32,000 nt of DNA from Promethearchaeum syntrophicum (GTDB lineage: Archaea; Asgardarchaeota; Lokiarchaeia; Sigyniarchaeales; Promethearchaeaceae): the NCBI RefSeq assembly GCF_008000775.2, contig NZ_CP042905.2, forward strand, positions 3,120,001 to 3,152,000, in the 5' to 3' direction. Within the stretch, counting starts at the first letter, position 1, and every line of letters starts with the position of its first letter. Below the pieces are notes generated by a model, which was not told where the DNA came from, did no database searches, and worked only from the letters and a program-made list of their open reading frames with translations. The position numbers were made by a program, and so were the translations under genes. Below are positions 27,051-32,000 of the stretch, piece after piece.

Positions 27051-28952
27051 ATGTCGACCAATAGCAATTTTTTTCAATGTAGCAAATGTAAAAGTATCTT
27101 TTTGATTGAACCTGAAAGTTCAAAATCATGTAAAAATTGCGGTAAAAAAAATCTGGACCCAATTGATGGCAGATTTATACTTCGGTGTAAAAAATGCGGT
27201 TTAACTCAGAATAAACCAGCATTTTCGAAATTGCATAGCGAGAAGGCTTTAAAATGTCAATCATCTACATGTAAAGGTGCAATTAAATTAATTCAATTAA
27301 GAAAACGAAGTACTTTATCAACCCCAATTGCAATTCAACCAAAACAGCCCCCATCACCAAAAATTGATATTGGAAAGTCTATAATAAAGACTTTAAAAGA
27401 AGTTCATCCTCCTGTGCCGAAAAGAAGGGAATTACCGAAAAAACCTTTTGTAAATAATTATAAACCTTTTCCTTCAGATGATGTTTCCAAAGATAAGATT
27501 GATGAGGAAACCTTTATGCCTTTTCCCTCTTCTGCTCCGAAACCTAAAGTAAAATCATTACCAACTGTATCTCAAATTAAGAATCATCCTGGAATACAAA
27601 TTGGAGATAGGTTAAAATTGAATGAGGATATGTACGAGATTACAGCTAAAATCGGAATTGGGGGAATGGGAGCGGTACATCTGGCTCGAAATATTAAAAC
27701 TAAAAAAATGGTAGCTTTAAAAGAATTTTTCTATACAAGGTATCATGATCCCGAGAGTGGGTCAAATTTTTGTAATAAATATTGGGTTAGAGAATCCGAA
27801 ATTACCGAAATTCAAAGTAAATCACCTGAAACTTCGATGCACCTTTTAGGATCTTTAATACTTGAACAATTTCCAATACCCGAATATTATATTTTCCTTG
27901 AATATATCGATGGAATTGCATTAGATAAATGGTACACAGATCGTTATAAAAATATAGATCAATTAAATGGCAAAGAATTACGAATGCTAATAAAAGATAT
28001 TTTAATGCCAATTGCACGACATATGTATTACGTGCATCAACAAGGAATAGTTCACCGGGATCTTACTGTTCAAAATACAATAATATTAAATAAAAGATTT
28101 TCAGATAAATATACGCCTGTTATTATTGATTGGGGGGTTGCCAAGGAAGTAGGAATAGATAATATGTTTAAACCCCGAAAACCCTATTATGTAACATCTG
28201 CACCAGAAGCTACTGGGATAAGAAATAGAGGAACACCACCAGAAATAATGGCAGGTTTTGAACCTATTGCAGCGTCTGATATTTATATGTTTGGACATAT
28301 GATGTTCTATTTATTCAGCGGAGGGCATTATGCAAGTGCTGCTGCTACAAATGAGGATTTTGTTCTTCACCCAGGAGATTATAATCCCGATTTACCTCCA
28401 GAATTTACAAGACTAGTGGAATTCTGCACCCAATATGAACCTGCTGATCGAATGGAAAATATGGTTAAAGTTTATGATGCGTTAAATTGGTTATATGATG
28501 CTTCGCTAGGAAAGCATAAACATGGAATTGATGAAAATCAATCCCAATTATTTTTATTTTGTGATTATAATAATGGTTTAATTCCATTATACAGTAAAAA
28601 AGTCATAAAAATTGGACGAGATGAAGTTATTGCTGCGGGTAAGAACCATGATATGGATGGTCATCTTCATAGTGCATTGATTCCGACATCTGAGGGAAAA
28701 TTTTCATTTGAATTATATGTTGAAGGAAATTATGTTTATATTCGCGATAATTTTTCAAAATTGGGATCATTTATTTCGAATTTAACTTCAACTAATCAAC
28801 AAGTTTATAATAATGTCCCAATAAAAGGTTTAGATAACGTTGTTATTCAATTATCTGACTCCAATATTGGTAAAACGTCCATTGAAGTTCCATTTGTAGC
28901 ACCGGACGGTAAAACTTATAGAATTACATTTAAAATCGTTAAGAAAAAGTGA
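27051..28952 (+). CDS. Zinc-ribbon / eukaryote-like Ser/Thr protein kinase / C-terminal FHA-like domain protein
   Basis: N-terminal CSKC..CKNCG and CKKCG..C..C zinc ribbons; kinase GIGGMGAVHLAR, VALKEFF, HRDLTVQN, VIIDWGVAKE, DIYMFGHMMFYLFSGG; C-terminal VIKIGRDEV...YIRDNFSKLGSFISN is FHA-like. Confidence 0.85.
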   Translation: MSTNSNFFQCSKCKSIFLIEPESSKSCKNCGKKNLDPIDGRFILRCKKCGLTQNKPAFSKLHSEKALKCQSSTCKGAIKLIQLRKRSTLSTPIAIQPKQPPSPKIDIGKSIIKTLKEVHPPVPKRRELPKKPFVNNYKPFPSDDVSKDKIDEETFMPFPSSAPKPKVKSLPTVSQIKNHPGIQIGDRLKLNEDMYEITAKIGIGGMGAVHLARNIKTKKMVALKEFFYTRYHDPESGSNFCNKYWVRESEITEIQSKSPETSMHLLGSLILEQFPIPEYYIFLEYIDGIALDKWYTDRYKNIDQLNGKELRMLIKDILMPIARHMYYVHQQGIVHRDLTVQNTIILNKRFSDKYTPVIIDWGVAKEVGIDNMFKPRKPYYVTSAPEATGIRNRGTPPEIMAGFEPIAASDIYMFGHMMFYLFSGGHYASAAATNEDFVLHPGDYNPDLPPEFTRLVEFCTQYEPADRMENMVKVYDALNWLYDASLGKHKHGIDENQSQLFLFCDYNNGLIPLYSKKVIKIGRDEVIAAGKNHDMDGHLHSALIPTSEGKFSFELYVEGNYVYIRDNFSKLGSFISNLTSTNQQVYNNVPIKGLDNVVIQLSDSNIGKTSIEVPFVAPDGKTYRITFKIVKKK

Positions 28953-28959
28953 AGATAAG

Positions 28960-30111
28960 ATGAGTGATACTACATCAAATGAAAATTCAAATGAGTTACG
29001 GGCAATATTATATTCAATTGCAAGACAAGACAGACCAGATTATGTTTGGCAATGGTTTTTTCGATATTTTGCTGGAGCGGGCTTAGAACCTGAACGATAT
29101 TTTAAGAATGAACCTAATGATCTCCTTGAAAATTATTTTACGTTATTTTCTATGGGTTTGGAATTGTTAAAAAACGAATATTCACGTGGAAAATATAATA
29201 AATTTATCAGGGATGAAAATCCTTCAAATTCTACCTACTATTTTGTAGGTGATACTCATGGTAGTTTTGTTGATACCTACCAAATTATTGATTATCTTAT
29301 TAAAGCTTTTCAAGTTAATCCTAAGATCAAAGTTGTTTTTTTGGGGGATTATGTTGATCGTAATCCATTTGATCTACAAAATTTAGCCTTTATTTTATCA
29401 TTTTGGATTTTATTTCCACAAAATGTTTTTTTAATAAGAGGAAATCATGAAGATTCATCTGTTTGCTCCAGATATGGCTTTTCTCAACACCTTTATGATA
29501 AATGCATATCAAAGGAGCGATTTACTCCAATTTGGGAACTTATTATTGAATTTTTCAGTAAACTTCCCCTTGGTTTTATGTGTAAAGTTGGTGATAAGAA
29601 GATTTTGGCTTTACATGGAGGAATTCCATTTGATGTTAATAGTTATCGTCCTTTAAAACTTCAAGATATTGAACCTAAATTAAATTGTTATCAAAAAGAA
29701 CATTTTGATATGGATACATTTTCACAAACTATGTTATGGGCAGATCCAGATCCTCAATTATTTGAAGGTGTTGCACCTAATCCGAAAACGGGTAGACCTC
29801 GTTTTTCTGAACAAGCTTTCAATGATTTTATGGAATTAAATCAATTTGATTTACTTCTCCGAGGTCATCAAAAATTTTCAGCTGGTTACAATATGCTTTG
29901 GAACAATAGATTAATTACACTTTTTAGCACTTCTACCTATGATGGAAGAACTATTGGCAAAGCTAAATTCCTCAGAGTCCATCCAGAGATTAATTATGAA
30001 CAAATTGGAGAAGAAAGGCTTGGAAAAGGATATGGGATTTTAGATGTTAATACAGATTTCTTAAATTCTCAAATAATCAAATATTATAACGGTAAAATTG
30101 AACAGAAATAA
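28960..30111 (+). CDS. PPP-family (PP1/PP2A-like) serine/threonine protein phosphatase
   Basis: GDTHGSF, VVFLGDYVDRN, LIRGNHED, LALHGGIP, MLWADPDP, LLRGHQKF. Confidence 0.92.
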   Translation: MSDTTSNENSNELRAILYSIARQDRPDYVWQWFFRYFAGAGLEPERYFKNEPNDLLENYFTLFSMGLELLKNEYSRGKYNKFIRDENPSNSTYYFVGDTHGSFVDTYQIIDYLIKAFQVNPKIKVVFLGDYVDRNPFDLQNLAFILSFWILFPQNVFLIRGNHEDSSVCSRYGFSQHLYDKCISKERFTPIWELIIEFFSKLPLGFMCKVGDKKILALHGGIPFDVNSYRPLKLQDIEPKLNCYQKEHFDMDTFSQTMLWADPDPQLFEGVAPNPKTGRPRFSEQAFNDFMELNQFDLLLRGHQKFSAGYNMLWNNRLITLFSTSTYDGRTIGKAKFLRVHPEINYEQIGEERLGKGYGILDVNTDFLNSQIIKYYNGKIEQK

Positions 30112-30131
30112 TTAAATTCATAGTTTTTAGA

Positions 30132-31079
30132 ATGAAAATCAGAATTCTTGGTGCTGAAAGTCTTGGTGTAAGGAGTTTATGCGTTTTTGTAACTACGAAT
30201 AACAAAAGGATCCTTATAGATCCTGGAATTGCCTTAGGATACAAAAGATTTGGACTATTGCCGCATCCGTTCCAGGTTGCAATCGGAGATAATATTAGGA
30301 AAAATGTCATCTCTATTTTAAAATCAGGAGTTACAGATATTGTTTTCAGCCACTATCATGGGGATCATATTCCTCTTCCCCATGCCAATCCTTTTCAATT
30401 AGATGCATATCAAGTTTCCCAATATTTCAAAAAACCCAACCTTTGGTGCAAAAGTTCTGAAAATATATCAAACCAGATGCTAATTCGTAGAAATAAACTA
30501 ATGAGGATTTTACAAAGGGATTTTCCTAATTCTGAGGGCAATACTGAAGGAAGTTTAAGTTTTTCCCCTTCTGTATCTCATGGACGGATGAAAAAAAATC
30601 ATGTCATGATGACTCGGATTGAGGAAAGGGACACGATCTTTGTTCATGCTTCAGATATTCAACTACTTGATAATAAAGCAATTTCACAAATTTTAAAGTG
30701 GAAACCAACAATAGTTCTTGCTTCTGGACCACCGTTTTATTTAAAACAATACCATACCAAAGAAATTTATTATAAAGCTTGGAAAAACGCATTAAAATTA
30801 GCAGAAAAGACATCAACCCTTATCCTCGATCATCATTTATGCCGAGAAAAAGAGGGTTTAGATTTTATTTCTAATATTTCCGGAAAAACCGGGACAAAAA
30901 TCATTTGCGCTGCTCAATTTATGGAAAAAGAACCCATGTTATTAGAAGCATACAGACGAGAATTATACAAAGAGCTACCCGTTGATCCTAAATGGCATGA
31001 GAATTACTCTAAGGAAATAAGTACTACCGCAAGATTTCAATTTTGGAGAAATTTTCAAATAAAAGATTATGTTCTTTAA
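30132..31079 (+). CDS. Metallo-beta-lactamase-fold hydrolase, UPF0282/COG2248-like
   Basis: MKIRILGAESLGVRSLCVFV, ILIDPGIALGYKRFGLLPHP, FSHYHGDHIPL, LILDHHLCREKEGLDF. Confidence 0.85.
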   Translation: MKIRILGAESLGVRSLCVFVTTNNKRILIDPGIALGYKRFGLLPHPFQVAIGDNIRKNVISILKSGVTDIVFSHYHGDHIPLPHANPFQLDAYQVSQYFKKPNLWCKSSENISNQMLIRRNKLMRILQRDFPNSEGNTEGSLSFSPSVSHGRMKKNHVMMTRIEERDTIFVHASDIQLLDNKAISQILKWKPTIVLASGPPFYLKQYHTKEIYYKAWKNALKLAEKTSTLILDHHLCREKEGLDFISNISGKTGTKIICAAQFMEKEPMLLEAYRRELYKELPVDPKWHENYSKEISTTARFQFWRNFQIKDYVL

Positions 31080-31098
31080 TATAAAAGAAAAAAAGAAA

Positions 31099-31968
31099 TT
31101 AGAGTTGTTTTCCGCAGAAAAAGCAATACCGCTCATGAGATGAAGGTTGAGTCGCCTTACAATAAGGACAAACTTGAACTGCTTTTTTAGGAGATCTTCT
31201 CAAATGGGATCGAGGTTGGATGTTTGGATGTTCACTTTTAGTTTCATTTTCTGATACCCTCAATTTCATTGGTCCAGGTTTGGTATGTTTTACAATCATT
31301 GTGCCTTCAATATCGGCCAGTTTCTCTTTTCTGGGCGAGATTTTCTTAATTGGGGGTTCGATTTTTTTTATTTTTTTCTTTTTCTGCCTTTCTATGGAAT
31401 CAGGAGAGGATTGCATATCACATATTTTAAGTAAATCATTAATTTCAGCCACAGTCATCCCTACACCTAAATATTCAGCCCGGTTTCGTGCTGCAAATAA
31501 AGATGATTTCGCTTCATTAGTTTTTTTATTTTCAACTAAAGTCACTAAACTAGGAATTTTACCTTTGAGTTTTTCAATTTCTGATTCAATTTCTGTTTCT
31601 ATAGATTTATGTAAGTTATTCCAATGGGAAGTTATATTATCGGCAATTTTTTCGAATTTTTCCTTTCCTCTTGGTAAATTTGGCTTAACCAAAGAAATGT
31701 TATTTCGCGCTTCAATTATTCTACCTGATTTAAGATCATTTTCAATCCCATCCAAATTTTCAAGGATAGGTAAATTTATTGAGCAAAAATTAATGTAATG
31801 TTTTATTTCGGGAACTATCAGTGTTACATTAAGATTTTGAGCGGTAGTTAAGTTTTCTGTTAGAGAATCAATAGCTTTCTTGAACTTTAAAGTCATTACT
31901 TCGGTTTTAATTATTTTATCAAAAGCATTTTTTACTTTGGATTCTCTTTTATTACTCTCGGATTTCAC
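31099..31968 (-). CDS. Helical protein with C-terminal zinc ribbon (GTG start)
   Basis: Helix-rich repeated region (MTLKFKKAIDSL..., LKGKIPSLVTLVENKKTNEAKSSLFAARN) and C-terminal CPYCKATQPSSHERYCFFCGKQL. Confidence 0.7.
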   Translation of the reverse strand: MKSESNKRESKVKNAFDKIIKTEVMTLKFKKAIDSLTENLTTAQNLNVTLIVPEIKHYINFCSINLPILENLDGIENDLKSGRIIEARNNISLVKPNLPRGKEKFEKIADNITSHWNNLHKSIETEIESEIEKLKGKIPSLVTLVENKKTNEAKSSLFAARNRAEYLGVGMTVAEINDLLKICDMQSSPDSIERQKKKKIKKIEPPIKKISPRKEKLADIEGTMIVKHTKPGPMKLRVSENETKSEHPNIQPRSHLRRSPKKAVQVCPYCKATQPSSHERYCFFCGKQL

Positions 31969-32000
31969 TCTGTTATGTAAATTCTTAATTTTTGCTTTTA

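Noticed and set aside
31220-31798. + strand 192-aa ORF antisense to the 289-aa zinc-ribbon protein
   Set aside because: Its serine/isoleucine/phenylalanine-rich translation is what reverse-complemented Lys/Glu-rich helical coding gives. The - strand frame has a real zinc ribbon. Convergent overlap cannot be fully excluded.
1-32000. CRISPR arrays, transposons, tRNA/rRNA genes
   Set aside because: By eye I found no regularly spaced repeats, transposase motifs or tRNA/rRNA signatures. A tRNAscan/Infernal run would be needed to exclude small RNAs.

Overview
This 32 kb AT-rich window is densely coding and looks archaeal, probably Asgard-type. That is inferred from a UPF0282-like protein, a MoaD/SAMP-like protein, eukaryote-like kinase/phosphatase genes and SD-like leaders, and it was not tested. 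I see five blocks. (1) About 0.7-14.3 kb: a candidate acidic-sugar/polysaccharide catabolic locus. It has a GPH/MFS transporter, two divergent paralogues of an unassigned large protein (one apparently cytosolic, one with a signal peptide), an FAD flavoprotein, an SDR, an Old Yellow Enzyme relative, KDPG aldolase, a KDG-kinase-like PfkB kinase and a Gfo/Idh/MocA oxidoreductase. (2) 14.3-16.0 kb: a membrane protein with a secreted N-terminal domain and a ferric-reductase/cytochrome-b-like core, next to a short CcsA/CcmC-like protein. (3) 16.0-21.3 kb: a NuoE/NuoF/NuoG-like module in which a GltD/NfnB-like domain is inserted in the NuoG-like protein. No obvious hydrogenase or formate dehydrogenase subunit is present. 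(4) 21.4-23.5 kb: an ECF transporter with a single ATPase gene. (5) 23.5-32 kb: a TPR protein, a MoaD/ThiS-like protein ending GGH, RNase Z, a zinc-ribbon/kinase/FHA protein paired with a PPP phosphatase, a UPF0282-like metallo-hydrolase and a zinc-ribbon protein. The best leads are the uncharacterised duplicated family in the uronate-type locus, the kinase-phosphatase pair with atypical motifs, the NuoG-GltD module, the GGH tail, and two genes (TPR, rnz) whose coding frames open without ATG/GTG/TTG next to G-runs. No RNA genes, CRISPR arrays or mobile elements were recognised.
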